From NCBI GenBank assembly GCA_963710375.1, contig CAVPZX010000002.1, positions 576,001-640,000 on the forward strand: 64,000 nt of DNA, read 5' to 3'. This document shows positions 53,647 through 63,261 of the stretch, in pieces. Both the position numbers and the translations under genes were made by a program. The notes under the pieces are model-generated. The model made no database searches, was not told the DNA's origin, and saw nothing but the letters and a program-made list of their open reading frames with translations. Source of the stretch: Nitrospirota bacterium (GTDB lineage Bacteria > Nitrospirota > Thermodesulfovibrionia > Thermodesulfovibrionales > Dissulfurispiraceae). The first letter of the stretch is position 1. Each line of letters opens with the position of its first letter.

Positions 53647-53731
53647 TTGCGTCTCTCCGATTTGTTATTATTCAGTAACCTTATAATCAAATTTACCATA
53701 GATATTGTTAAAAGTTACAGCGTGGTTACCA

Positions 53732-53902
53732 ATGAATAGCAGGAACAATAAGAGAAATAATCCTTCCATAACTCAAAAGTCTGCGATAAAATCAACTAAC
53801 CAGCATGAGCAATATGGTTCTATTTGCACCAATAAAGATTGTAAACTGAAAAAAGCAGGTTGCAAAGGATTTGAAGGATGTCCGGGCTACAAAGGCCGAT
53901 AA
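53732..53902 (+). CDS. Small Cys-rich hypothetical protein
   Basis: C-terminal CTNKDCKLKKAGCKGFEGCPGY; no clear RBS. Confidence 0.35.
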   Translation: MNSRNNKRNNPSITQKSAIKSTNQHEQYGSICTNKDCKLKKAGCKGFEGCPGYKGR

Positions 53903-54004
53903 CACGAGAATAATAATCAGGGAGCTTATACATCTGCTATAATTCTGGTGAGTACAAATTATAATTATGCTAGTTTGCAAAATATTTTCAAAAAAAGCTG
54001 ATGA

Positions 54005-54832
54005 ATGATAGCTAACATTATAAAATATGCTCTAATAGTATCGATAATCGTGTTAATGATCCTCTCAGTGTGCAATTTTCAATATAAGCTTCTCTATTAT
54101 CCAAGCTCTTTTATACCCTCACGGGAAGTGCTCAGTGCTAATAACATACAATTCTGGCCCTCAGGTCCAAGCGGCTATCGAGGCTTCATTGGCACTACTC
54201 AGATCAAAAATCCTAATGGCACCATTATAGTATTTCATGGCAATGCCGGTACAGCTGCTGACAGAGCATATTATGTGACGGCGTTAGAATCTTCAGGGTA
54301 TCGAGTCCTGCTTGCCGAATATCCAGGGTACGGAGAAAGAGCAGGAGAACTGGGAGAGAAGTCATTTGTTCGTGATGCAAAGGAAACAGTACATCTTGCA
54401 GTGCAACAATATGGAAGTCCAATTTTTCTCCTGGGAGAATCCTTAGGCTGTGGAGTGACAGCAGAAGTAGCGAAGGACATGCCTGGCACGGTCGGCGGGA
54501 TTGTGCTTATCACTCCTTGGGACACGCTTCTGTCTGTTGCTCAATCCATATTCCCATGGCTGCCCGTGCGATTGTTTATGAAAGACAAATATGACAACGT
54601 TGGAAATCTTAAGGGCTATCGGGGAAGAATTGCCGTGGTAGGAGCGGAACAGGATACGATAATCCCGATGAAACACGCTACTGCATTGTATGAATCATTA
54701 TCTGGAAAGAAAGCAATGTTTGTGATTAAAGGAGCTGGACATAATGATTGGTTATCGTGGGTGGACCCTACATGGTGGCAAAAAATTATGGGATTTGTTG
54801 ATGGAAAAGTCAGCACTCCTACAGGAGCCTAG
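54005..54832 (+). CDS. Alpha/beta hydrolase (ABHD/BEM46-like)
   Basis: N-terminal TM helix and FHGNAG, EYPGYG, GESLG, AGHND motifs. Confidence 0.88.
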   Translation: MIANIIKYALIVSIIVLMILSVCNFQYKLLYYPSSFIPSREVLSANNIQFWPSGPSGYRGFIGTTQIKNPNGTIIVFHGNAGTAADRAYYVTALESSGYRVLLAEYPGYGERAGELGEKSFVRDAKETVHLAVQQYGSPIFLLGESLGCGVTAEVAKDMPGTVGGIVLITPWDTLLSVAQSIFPWLPVRLFMKDKYDNVGNLKGYRGRIAVVGAEQDTIIPMKHATALYESLSGKKAMFVIKGAGHNDWLSWVDPTWWQKIMGFVDGKVSTPTGA

Positions 54833-54954
54833 CTGATACTCATCTCCTTCCTGTAGTCCGCAAGACTAACGTGCTATATAATGGAGCAGATTACAACAGA
54901 AAATCGTTGCAGGTTGGTTGAGAAAATAATGGTGCGGAAATAAATGCTAAAAAA

Positions 54955-56037
54955 GTTACGATACATTTTCGACATTGACGTTTGATGGATCATTATGCAC
55001 GGGCATATCCTATCTTCAGCTGGATACGTGGCTGGAGGAGGCTACAGGATATGCTCAGGGGTCTTCAGAGGTTTGATAAAAACGAAGTGGCAAAACAGCG
55101 ACATAAGATCATTCAGTTCTACGATCAATATGGTGAGGCAGCCACTAAAGAAGCTTTTGGAGCAGATCGCAAGGTGATTTATACCTGGAAGAAAAAGCTC
55201 ATGCAGTCTGGAGGAAGGCTGGAAGCTCTTGTGCCTGTCAGTACAAAACCCTATAACGTAAGGACCATGTCTGTTGATCAGCGTATCGTAGAGTTCATTC
55301 GTGCCTACAGACGCAAGTACGGAAGAATCGGCAAAGAGAAACTTAAACCTTTGCTGGATGCATATTGCAAAGAAATGGGCATTACTACTATCTCTGAGTC
55401 TAAAATAGGCAAGATCATCAAGAGATACAAGTTCTTTTCCCAGGGCAGCCCAGGCAGAGTGTACCACAACCCCGACAGAAAACAGCCTGAGAAATGCAAA
55501 AGACAACGTGTAAAAAAATCACCCAAACCCCTTGAACCAGGTTACCTTCTGGCCGATAGTTCAGTTGTTCACGATGCCGGTGTTACCCGGTACCTGATTT
55601 CAGCAATAGATGTTGTGACTAAGTTTGCCCTGACTGGTTGCTACGGCTCGCTTTCAAGCCGCTCGGCAACAGACTTCCTGAAACGCCTTATGCTTGTTTG
55701 CCCGCTCCCAGTGCTGTCTGTGCAAAGTGATAACGGCTCTGAATTCCTCGGTGACTTTGATAAGGAACTCCAAAAACACAAAATACCGCATCTCTTTAGT
55801 TATCCTCGTTGCCCTAAGATAAATAGTTTCATTGAACGATACAACAGAACAATTAAAGATGAGTTCGTCGCTCAAAACCTCGACTCAATACATGACATCA
55901 AACTTTTTAGAATGCGATTGGCTGAGTATCTTGTCTTCTATAACTGCATTCGACCACACAAAAGTCTTGGCCAAAAATCGCCATCACAGTCACTCATAGA
56001 AAAAGGGGCAATGTCGAAAATGTTTGCAACTCGTACA
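54955..56037 (+). mobile_element. IS481-like insertion sequence
   Basis: Perfect 15-bp inverted repeat ACATTTTCGACATTG (54963-54977) / CAATGTCGAAAATGT (56009-56023). The right end is ...TCGTACA; the left tip is degenerate. Confidence 0.75.
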
Positions 56038-56046
56038 AATGCTTGA
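54985..56046 (+). CDS. DDE transposase (integrase core, IS481-like)
   Basis: N-terminal HTH, AIDVVTK, VQSDNGSEF, IERYNRTIKDE and YNCIRPHKSL; reads through the right inverted repeat. Confidence 0.9.
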   Translation: MDHYARAYPIFSWIRGWRRLQDMLRGLQRFDKNEVAKQRHKIIQFYDQYGEAATKEAFGADRKVIYTWKKKLMQSGGRLEALVPVSTKPYNVRTMSVDQRIVEFIRAYRRKYGRIGKEKLKPLLDAYCKEMGITTISESKIGKIIKRYKFFSQGSPGRVYHNPDRKQPEKCKRQRVKKSPKPLEPGYLLADSSVVHDAGVTRYLISAIDVVTKFALTGCYGSLSSRSATDFLKRLMLVCPLPVLSVQSDNGSEFLGDFDKELQKHKIPHLFSYPRCPKINSFIERYNRTIKDEFVAQNLDSIHDIKLFRMRLAEYLVFYNCIRPHKSLGQKSPSQSLIEKGAMSKMFATRTNA

Positions 56047-56071
56047 CAATCACCTTAAAGAGGCGTATAAA
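56043..56071 (+). promoter_or_regulatory. Near-consensus sigma70 promoter abutting the IS right end
   Basis: TTGACA-N17-TATAAA. The TGA inside TTGACA is the transposase stop codon. Confidence 0.7.
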
Positions 56072-56092
56072 TGAATTAAAGAGCGGCTTGCT

Positions 56093-56233
56093 AAAAGTGG
56101 TGGTCTTGCTCTTCTCAGGCTCAGCGAAAGGATGTAAAGGAGTAGGACGTAGGTTGTAGACGTAAAAGTCTTAAGCTGTATGTCTCAAACTGTGCAAACT
56201 GCTGAGATATGAGAGGAAGCAAGCACCACTTTT
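56093..56233. repeat. Long imperfect inverted-repeat element
   Basis: AAAAGTGGTGGTCTTGCTCTTCTCA ... TGAGAGGAAGCAAGCACCACTTTT, with inner CTCAGC/GCTGAG. Confidence 0.6.
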
Positions 56234-56255
56234 TTGTTTATTTGGAGTTCCAATA

Positions 56256-56579
56256 ATGACCCTGCTACGATGGTATCACTACATCGCCATTTTCTTTGCC
56301 GGTGCCTTTCTGACAAACGCGGTGCCGCACTTCGTGAACGGCGTCTCAGGCGGGCCGTTTCAGTCGCCGTTCGCCTCGCCGCCGGGCGAGGGGCTCTCGT
56401 CTTCGACTGTAAATGTGCTGTGGGGGATGACGAACCTGATCATAGGATATGTTTTGTGCCGCGCTGGCCGGTTGCAGTTGCAGCAGACACGACTGGCGCT
56501 GCTCTTCGGCGCTGGCGTGCTGGCGATGGCACTCCTTCTGGCGCGGAGTTTTGGCCGCTTTCACGGCGGACTCATATAG
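56256..56579 (+). CDS. Small membrane protein
   Basis: GGAG RBS, three hydrophobic segments, NAVPHFVNG...FQSPFASPPG...SS..NVLWG; GC-rich relative to its flanks. Confidence 0.75.
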   Translation: MTLLRWYHYIAIFFAGAFLTNAVPHFVNGVSGGPFQSPFASPPGEGLSSSTVNVLWGMTNLIIGYVLCRAGRLQLQQTRLALLFGAGVLAMALLLARSFGRFHGGLI

Positions 56580-56804
56580 ACGCTTGCGAGCGCAGGAAAA
56601 ACGATCTGCACGCTTCAGTCGTCAACGAACCGACAATGCAGTTCAGCGGTGTCCGATACTATCAGCTCTGTCAATGCGCTTGATTCTATTGAAAATCGTC
56701 GGTCACGATTCTTATCTGATTTTGCGGCATTGTCGGTGTACCGGTTGCGCAGGGCTCCTTCCTGCTCTACGAAGTTTCATAATACCGCAAATGTGTGCAG
56801 AGTT

Positions 56805-56882
56805 CTACCGGAAATATTGCCTGCCAGGCACCCAAACAGAGTACCCTTCCTCCGATTTCTGTAAGTTTACCTTGTATTTCAT
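56805..56882 (-). pseudogene. HicB-like antitoxin N-terminal fragment
   Basis: GGAGG RBS; MKYKVNLQKSEEGYSVWVPG followed by an early stop, where HicB normally continues LPGCxSQG. Confidence 0.6.
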
Positions 56883-57021
56883 AGCAGCACCTCCATAACA
56901 ATCCTTGTTACTATTTTACCCTTTATTACGGTTTGAGACAAACTTTAAATGAATTACTAGCGTAATCCCCGTGCTCTTGTCGCATGGAAGATTAATCTGC
57001 AGTTCGACACTCGTGAGGTAA

Positions 57022-57639
57022 TTATTTAGGCATATATTTGTCTTTGTCTGCCAGTCCGCGCTCAACGGCTTCAGACAGCGCCTTGTTGATCAATTCTTCC
57101 GCCTTTTCCCTGCTGAACGGGACTGTTTCATAGGATGAGGACACTTCAATTTTCTCCTTGTGCAGTAGTTCTCTTGTCTTGGCGTCAGCAATGCAAAGCG
57201 TGAATTTAATAGAGTAGATATACTCTGTCTTGATAAGATTTCCCGTCACATTGAGGGCAATGTCGTCCAGCGTCCCGCCAACAACAACGACGCCCCAGTC
57301 AGGCTTTAATGACTTAGGGTTCCCGTCCCACGTTTCGTTGGTCATGCTGACCTTATAGCCCCTGTTCTCAAGGTATGAGGCAAAACCTTTCGAGAGGGCC
57401 TCTGCCGGATCGCCAACAAGCGAAATGAAAGGGGTTCCACCTTCTTTTTTCCCGATTACCCTCTTATCGGCAACTTGCCTCTCATCACTGAGCAGAGCCA
57501 CTGTAACCGGGACACCGCCGGTTTTCTCATACTGCTTGAGCGGTTGGTAAGAAAGCGTTATTGGGTAATTTAAAGTGCCCGCACAAGAGACCATTGACGA
57601 CACGAGAAAAAGAAATACAATAATTGCCGCTCTTTTCAT
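57022..57639 (-). CDS. Lipoprotein (YajG-like)
   Basis: Lipobox MVSC, a DER motif and a C-terminal helix EELINKALSEAV. Confidence 0.7.
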   Translation of the reverse strand: MKRAAIIVFLFLVSSMVSCAGTLNYPITLSYQPLKQYEKTGGVPVTVALLSDERQVADKRVIGKKEGGTPFISLVGDPAEALSKGFASYLENRGYKVSMTNETWDGNPKSLKPDWGVVVVGGTLDDIALNVTGNLIKTEYIYSIKFTLCIADAKTRELLHKEKIEVSSSYETVPFSREKAEELINKALSEAVERGLADKDKYMPK

Positions 57640-57642
57640 TTT

Positions 57643-58668
57643 TTATGCTCCTTTTGGGCTCGGGGATAACCGGACCATATAGTTATTAATCATCTCATCC
57701 GACGCAGGGCAAACCTGCATGATGAAGCAGTCGCCGTTTTTTCTGACAGAAACATCGACGACAGAGAGGGTCTTTGCATCGGAATAGCGCGCGCAGAGCG
57801 CAGCAGCTATCCCCAGTTCATCTTCTGTCATTGTGCCGCTTGCAACCGTAAACGGACTGCCATGTCCCTCAACCCATAACAGGTAATCGCCGGCGCCGGC
57901 CAGGGAATCAATCATTTTGTTGTCCTCCTCATGCCTCCCGACAATAATCTTGCCGCTCGGGGGGACCCTGAAATGGCGACCCACTCGCAGCAACTGTATA
58001 TCTTTTGACTGAGGAGAAGGAGTATGCTCCAGCAGTTCCCTGAGACGATGTGAATAAATCGGGTCTGTCAAAAGACACCCTCCCGCAGGAGCTGGATAAT
58101 CGGTGAGACCAAATTCACGTGCAAGGGCAATTTGGGGTTTTCTCGACCTGCCGTTAAACGCGCAGAGCTTCTCCCTGTCAATAATCCCAGCCTGTTCAGG
58201 GATTGTCGGTTTAAGCAGTCGTGCGCTCAGAGGCCTCACAATATACCCGGCCAATCCAGCCTCTCTGTCGATCTTCGGGAAAGTGTCCCTGCGCTGGCTC
58301 ATAGGCCTCTGCCCAAGCACTTCTCCTGTTATGATGAAATCAGCCCCGCGCATGTCCATAAGCACTTTGGCCTCCCGCAGCATCAATATTCTGCAATCGA
58401 TGCAGGGATTCATGTTCTTTCCATGTCCGAACTTCGGCTTTTTTACAATTTCTGTAAACCGGTCTGCAAGATGGCAGAGTTTTACCTGAAACCCGAATTG
58501 AGCGGCAGCGGCAAAGGGATCTTTAGAACAGGATGACCTGTCGGAGATATCGCAGCCGAAATGGGTGAGAAAGGTCACGGCGGTCACTTCTATCCCCTGC
58601 CTCATGGCAACCAGGATTGCCAGAGTGCTGTCAAGCCCCCCTGAATATAGTGCTATCGCCCTCGGCAT
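57643..58668 (-). CDS. PP-loop tRNA sulfurtransferase-like protein (ThiI/MnmA-like, with C-terminal NFACT-R-like domain)
   Basis: SGGLDS, NPCIDC, TGEVLGQRPMSQ, PAGGCLLT and GRHFR motifs. Confidence 0.85.
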   Translation of the reverse strand: MPRAIALYSGGLDSTLAILVAMRQGIEVTAVTFLTHFGCDISDRSSCSKDPFAAAAQFGFQVKLCHLADRFTEIVKKPKFGHGKNMNPCIDCRILMLREAKVLMDMRGADFIITGEVLGQRPMSQRRDTFPKIDREAGLAGYIVRPLSARLLKPTIPEQAGIIDREKLCAFNGRSRKPQIALAREFGLTDYPAPAGGCLLTDPIYSHRLRELLEHTPSPQSKDIQLLRVGRHFRVPPSGKIIVGRHEEDNKMIDSLAGAGDYLLWVEGHGSPFTVASGTMTEDELGIAAALCARYSDAKTLSVVDVSVRKNGDCFIMQVCPASDEMINNYMVRLSPSPKGA

Positions 58669-58670
58669 TG

Positions 58671-59660
58671 TTATCTTTTCCGGTCAGGGAGCAGTGACTC
58701 CAATAATAATTCAGGGGTTGCCACAGCGGTCCCGACCTCTCCGACAACAATACCGGCCGCGTGGTTGGCTATAACTGCGGCATCTTTAAGTGAGGCCCCC
58801 GCAGCATGCGCAAGGGCGAAAGCAGCAATAACTGTATCCCCTGCCCCTGTGACATCAAAAACCTTCTGAGCAACTGTAGGGATATGCGTTGCCTTGATCT
58901 CTTTTGAATTTTCGAGTTCGAACAGGCTCATGCCGTCCTCCCCCCGTGTCACCAGCAGCGATTTGCAGGATAGCCGGTTCATAAGCGTCTTGCCGGCCTT
59001 CATCAGGCCTTTTTCATCTCTGATCTCAACACCGGCCCCCAGGGATGCCTCCATAAGGTTCGGAGTTATGAGTGAGACGTTCTTGTAAAAGCGAAAATGT
59101 CCCACTTTAGGGTCAACAGCAATAAACGTATTATTGGGCTTGGCATATTTGACCAGCGCCTTAATAAGCGGCGCCGAGACTATGCCCTTCTTGTAGTCGG
59201 AAACAATGACCGCATCATGCCCGGTGATCGCTTTTCTTATGTAATTCAGCAGCAGGGAGAGATTTTTCCCTTCGAGCCTCTTGCTGTCCTCCCTGTCGAA
59301 CCTGACGACCTGCTGGTTATGGGCAACCACTCGCGTTTTTACCGTGGTCGGCCTCTTGTCTTCGATAATCCCTTCGGTCCCTGCATTTTTTTCCTCAAGC
59401 AGTTCCCTCAAATATTTTCCGGCAGTGTCTTTGCCGATAATGCCCGCAACTGATACGTTGCCGCCGAGGGCGATTATGTTGTTGGCGACATTTGCCGCGC
59501 CCCCAAGAAGAAAAGACTCGCTTACCACATCAACTACCGGCACAGGGGCTTCAGGAGAAATCCTGTTCACCTTTCCGAAGATATAACGGTCAAGTATCAA
59601 ATCTCCGATAACAAGTATCTTCTTGTGTTTAAAAGAATTAATAATAGTTCTAAAACCCAT
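58671..59660 (-). CDS. rfaE1: D-glycero-beta-D-manno-heptose-7-phosphate kinase
   Basis: RISPEAPVPV, GGAANVA, SDYKKG, VDPK and DVTGAGDTV motifs. Confidence 0.93.
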   Translation of the reverse strand: MGFRTIINSFKHKKILVIGDLILDRYIFGKVNRISPEAPVPVVDVVSESFLLGGAANVANNIIALGGNVSVAGIIGKDTAGKYLRELLEEKNAGTEGIIEDKRPTTVKTRVVAHNQQVVRFDREDSKRLEGKNLSLLLNYIRKAITGHDAVIVSDYKKGIVSAPLIKALVKYAKPNNTFIAVDPKVGHFRFYKNVSLITPNLMEASLGAGVEIRDEKGLMKAGKTLMNRLSCKSLLVTRGEDGMSLFELENSKEIKATHIPTVAQKVFDVTGAGDTVIAAFALAHAAGASLKDAAVIANHAAGIVVGEVGTAVATPELLLESLLPDRKR

Positions 59661-59718
59661 CTTATAAAATAACGTATCACTCCAATTAGTTGCAAGCTGC
59701 TGAAGTCAAAGGCCCAAA

Positions 59719-60507
59719 TTAACTCCGGGGTTGGTCGTGGTCGGCGCGGCTTAAAGTCTCTCCTATTCTTTTCCACCTAACGCCCTCCGGTCCCCATGAC
59801 CAAAATACCAGGCGGGCTTTGCCGAGGACGTCCGAGAGGGGGACCGGACCAAACTGACGGCTGTCCCTGCTGGTCCCGGCATTGTCGCCAAGCACGTATA
59901 CCTCACCATGCGGCACCATATATGTGCTGCCGTCCGCGAGCCTTATCGTCTCACCGGGGAGTGCCGCTATCCGCTTTATATAGATTTTGCTGCGGTCGTC
60001 GGGATATATAAAGACGATGATGTCGCCTGTGGCCAGGGAAATCCGGTTGTATGCCGTCTTGTCCACAACAACCCGGTCTCCCTTGAGAGTCTGAGGTTGC
60101 ATGCTCTCGCTCGCTATTTTGTAAACTGCAGTGATGTTGTTGCGTGCATAAGAGTAAACTGAACCGAGAAAGAGCACTGAGCCTACAATCCAGGCTGCGA
60201 CATAAAAATACCAATGAGTATAGGCCTTTTGGTATGTCAGGCCGGTAGGACGCCGGTAAGCCTCGATGATCGAAAAAGCGTAGACAAACAGGACGGCTGA
60301 CAAGGTCAGGACAATGCCTGCGAGAAGGTACTTGTCGGGAAGAAGGACCGAGACCTTCAAGCCGGTAATAAATACGCCTGCGTATATCAGAATGAAGCAT
60401 ACGCCTTTAAGGAGTTCACCTTTATACACCTGCCCCAGGCCGGGCAGGGCCAATCCCAGTAAAGCAGCTATTTTGTTCCTTTCCGTATTTTGAGCTTTCA
60501 TCTCCAT
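59719..60507 (-). CDS. Signal peptidase I family protein with extra N-terminal TM helices
   Basis: SESMQP (catalytic Ser), YIKRI (catalytic Lys), LGDN and DSRQFG motifs. Confidence 0.88.
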   Translation of the reverse strand: MEMKAQNTERNKIAALLGLALPGLGQVYKGELLKGVCFILIYAGVFITGLKVSVLLPDKYLLAGIVLTLSAVLFVYAFSIIEAYRRPTGLTYQKAYTHWYFYVAAWIVGSVLFLGSVYSYARNNITAVYKIASESMQPQTLKGDRVVVDKTAYNRISLATGDIIVFIYPDDRSKIYIKRIAALPGETIRLADGSTYMVPHGEVYVLGDNAGTSRDSRQFGPVPLSDVLGKARLVFWSWGPEGVRWKRIGETLSRADHDQPRS

Positions 60508-60561
60508 CTACGCCTCCATGTTTTTATCAATGAATACGCAGTCAGCCGGAAAAGGTTCCCG

Positions 60562-60774
60562 TTATCGGCAAACCACGGGCGAAAAGACTGCTAGATACAG
60601 CCTCACGAGGTTCAGTATTCCTAAGAACATCCCACCCGCAGCCGCTGCCATGCGGAGAAGATCGGGGAATACCAGTGGCCGCTGTGCAACCGACCGCTGC
60701 CGCTCATGTTCATAATCGCGGATCTTGCGCATGGTCCCGGACTTGAAATCACTTGACGGCTCAAATTCCTTCAT
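60562..60774 (-). CDS. Small single-TM protein, putative anti-sigma factor
   Basis: GGAGG RBS; overlaps the sigma factor stop; PSSDF...MRKI followed by a TM segment. Confidence 0.6.
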   Translation of the reverse strand: MKEFEPSSDFKSGTMRKIRDYEHERQRSVAQRPLVFPDLLRMAAAAGGMFLGILNLVRLYLAVFSPVVCR

Positions 60775-61324
60775 AACCTTTACCTCCAAAATATTCCTTT
60801 ACCAATCTTTTCATCTTCTCCCTTGCCCTGAACAACCTGGATTTAACTGTGCCGACCGAGACGTTCTCCTTCAAAGCAATTTCTTCCAGGGAATTCCCTT
60901 CAAGGCTTCCTAGGATAGCGGCGCGAAAGGTCTCCGGCAGTTGCTCCAGTGAAAACTGAAGGGCTTCTCTCCGTTCGGCTTCGAGCAGTTCCTCCTCAGG
61001 GGATCTGCGCCCGTCCTCCAGTTCGAAGCTCTGGTCCAGGCAGACTTTCCGGGCTATGTTTCTGCTTCTCAGTTCGCTGATACAGCGGTTGCGGGCGGTG
61101 ATGAAGAGCCATGCCGAAAAGGGAGTGCCGAGCGTTTCATCAAACTCCTTGATGGACTTATAGACACTCAAAAAGACCTCTTGCCCGAGGTCTTCCACTA
61201 CGTCGCCGTCGCCTACGAGTCAGAAAATGAAGTTCAGAAGGCGACGGTGATATTTCTCCACGAGGATGGAAAAAGCCTCGATATCTCCTCGCCTGACCCG
61301 CAGTATAACCTCGTTATCCTCCAC
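60761..61324 (-). pseudogene. ECF sigma factor with an in-frame TGA at 61220-61222
   Basis: GGAGG then GTG at 61324. GDIEAFSILVEKY...LLNFIF*LVGDGDVVEDLGQEVF, FSAWLF..ARN and GTVKSRLFRAR all lie in one frame. Confidence 0.85.
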
Positions 61325-61651
61325 ACGTCCTCCGTATCCTGATAGCGTATTGATTATAATACGCGCAGACGCGAGAAAGGTTCCCGGCATGTTAGGACAA
61401 CAGTGCCGAATGACGCCGGGTTTAGCAGCTATACTGCTTGCAAACTGACCTGCTAACATCAAACCTCGTTATGTTATTCGTCATCTGACTTTTAATCCTA
61501 TTTTAGCTCTCACCGGAATAGCACCTTTTTCTTACTGCAATTGATAGGGTATTTTTTTCTTTTTCTGCATTGTCCGCCTGAGAACACGCGAAAAGCTCCT
61601 TCTCTAAAAAATGACAATTACCAAAAATAACTGACAAAATTCATTCCTAAA

Positions 61652-61712
61652 GTACTTCCTGAACACCACAGTTTAAGATTGACGCAACTCTATACACAAT
61701 GCACCAAGTAAT
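61652..61712. repeat. 61-bp diverged direct repeat, copy 1
   Basis: 49/61 identical to 63047-63107 by manual alignment. Confidence 0.75.
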
Positions 61713-61936
61713 CCTCACCGCAACAAGCTCTCCGATTGTGTTTATTTCCGTTTGAATGTGTTAAAAATCGTTTGCACAGATGTTACATATTAGAAGTCCG
61801 AGGCTTCAAAATAGCTTAGCGTTGAAAGAATACACCCTTACACTACAATTGCTTACGCGACAACTAAGAATGCATTAGCATATCTTTTCTGACTGTGCTA
61901 AAGTTCAGGAAACTAAGATGCCGCTGACGAGGAGAT

Positions 61937-62530
61937 ATGAACAGTCATCTTAATGAGCTTCTTGAAGAGATAAGAAAGTTGGAAAATGAAGTGCAGTCGG
62001 AGATGAAGCTGAGGGAAGAAGAGCTGAAATACAAGATTAGCAAAGGTAAGGTAGTATTCGAACGGGAGATTCTCGAACTTCACAAGAAAATTAGGATTCC
62101 GTTGTTCGTCTATATCATTAAAGCTCCCATTCTTACAATCTTGTCTGCGCCAATAATATATGCAATGGTTGTACCGGCAGTACTTATGGATCTCTGTCTA
62201 TGGATATATCAGACAGTGTGCTTACCTATTTATAAAATCCCGAAAGTTAAGCGGAGCGATCATATTGTTTTTGACCGTCATTATTTGAAATACCTGAATT
62301 TACTCGAAAGACTGCACTGTGATTATTGCAGTTATTTTAACGGCCTTTCGTCGTATGCAATGGAAACTGCTGGGCGGACAGAGCAGTACTGGTGTCCGAT
62401 CAAGCATGCATCAGGGGAAGCCCAACGCCATTCCAGAGCGCATTTTTTTACCGATTATGGGGATGCTGAAACGTATCGGACAAAACTTTTGGAAATTCGT
62501 AAACAATTTAAAGATATTCAGTTAAATTGA
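61937..62530 (+). CDS. Hypothetical membrane protein with Cys motifs
   Basis: AGGAG RBS, N-terminal coiled coil, TM segment, CDYC and EQYWCPIKH motifs. Confidence 0.8.
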   Translation: MNSHLNELLEEIRKLENEVQSEMKLREEELKYKISKGKVVFEREILELHKKIRIPLFVYIIKAPILTILSAPIIYAMVVPAVLMDLCLWIYQTVCLPIYKIPKVKRSDHIVFDRHYLKYLNLLERLHCDYCSYFNGLSSYAMETAGRTEQYWCPIKHASGEAQRHSRAHFFTDYGDAETYRTKLLEIRKQFKDIQLN

Positions 62531-62550
62531 CTCACGACGGAGGAATGGCG

Positions 62551-62811
62551 ATGCTGACGAAAGAGCAAACAGAACAAATGAAAAAGCAAATTCAGGAGGA
62601 GATGGCCGCGCATTATAAGTCGTCCGAAATGCAAGCGGCTTTGGAAGCTCTCATTAATGCAGTACACAAATACGAAGCCGGTGAAAAGTCTTCACAGGAC
62701 GCTATGAAATTGATAGAAGCGACGTGTGATTTATTTGTGAAACATGTCCAATATTTGAAAGCCAACAGTATTGACAGTATCGTGAAATGCTTTATATTCG
62801 AAAAGAAATAA
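62551..62811 (+). CDS. Hypothetical helical protein
   Basis: GGAGG RBS and an 86-aa ORF. Confidence 0.6.
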   Translation: MLTKEQTEQMKKQIQEEMAAHYKSSEMQAALEALINAVHKYEAGEKSSQDAMKLIEATCDLFVKHVQYLKANSIDSIVKCFIFEKK

Positions 62812-63046
62812 CACTTTAAATTACGGCTTATCGTTATAGGCTTTATCGAGTATAGATCACTGATAAGTACTGGTAATTAATACTCTTTTGTGGCACACCT
62901 AATATCAAAAGGTGAGGGCAAAATCGAGAAACGACCCATAAGCATTAGGGGTTGCAACAAAGCGTCTTCAATGTGTTGACCGAACTCTCAAGTACAAGTT
63001 GTTATCCTCGGCAACTTTAACTTCGTGCTGCTCTCTATTAGTCGGT

Positions 63047-63107
63047 GTACTTCCTGAACACCGTAGTTTAAGATTCCTGCAACTGTATGTGCAATCCACC
63101 CTGTAAT
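63047..63107. repeat. 61-bp diverged direct repeat, copy 2
   Basis: GTACTTCCTGAACACC..AGTTTAAGATT...GCAACT...GTAAT shared with 61652-61712. Confidence 0.75.
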
Positions 63108-63261
63108 TGAGAGTGCCACAGGAATCCGAATATTGGCGATTTCCGGTACTAACAACGCATATGGAAATATAGCGACACATGCTCAACTGCTCACAGTAGA
63201 GGATACTGCGGAGCGTCCTGATCATTCTGTGGGTTACAAATGAAAATCATTGCGAAGACTC

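Noticed and set aside
51240..54900. Integron cassette array
   Set aside because: The ORFs are in mixed orientation, I found no repeated attC (RYYYAAC...GTTRRRY) structures, and there is no integrase.
61220..61222. Selenocysteine or genetic-code reassignment at the sigma factor TGA
   Set aside because: The position is normally Arg, not Cys, and many genes in the window end in TGA, so the standard code applies.
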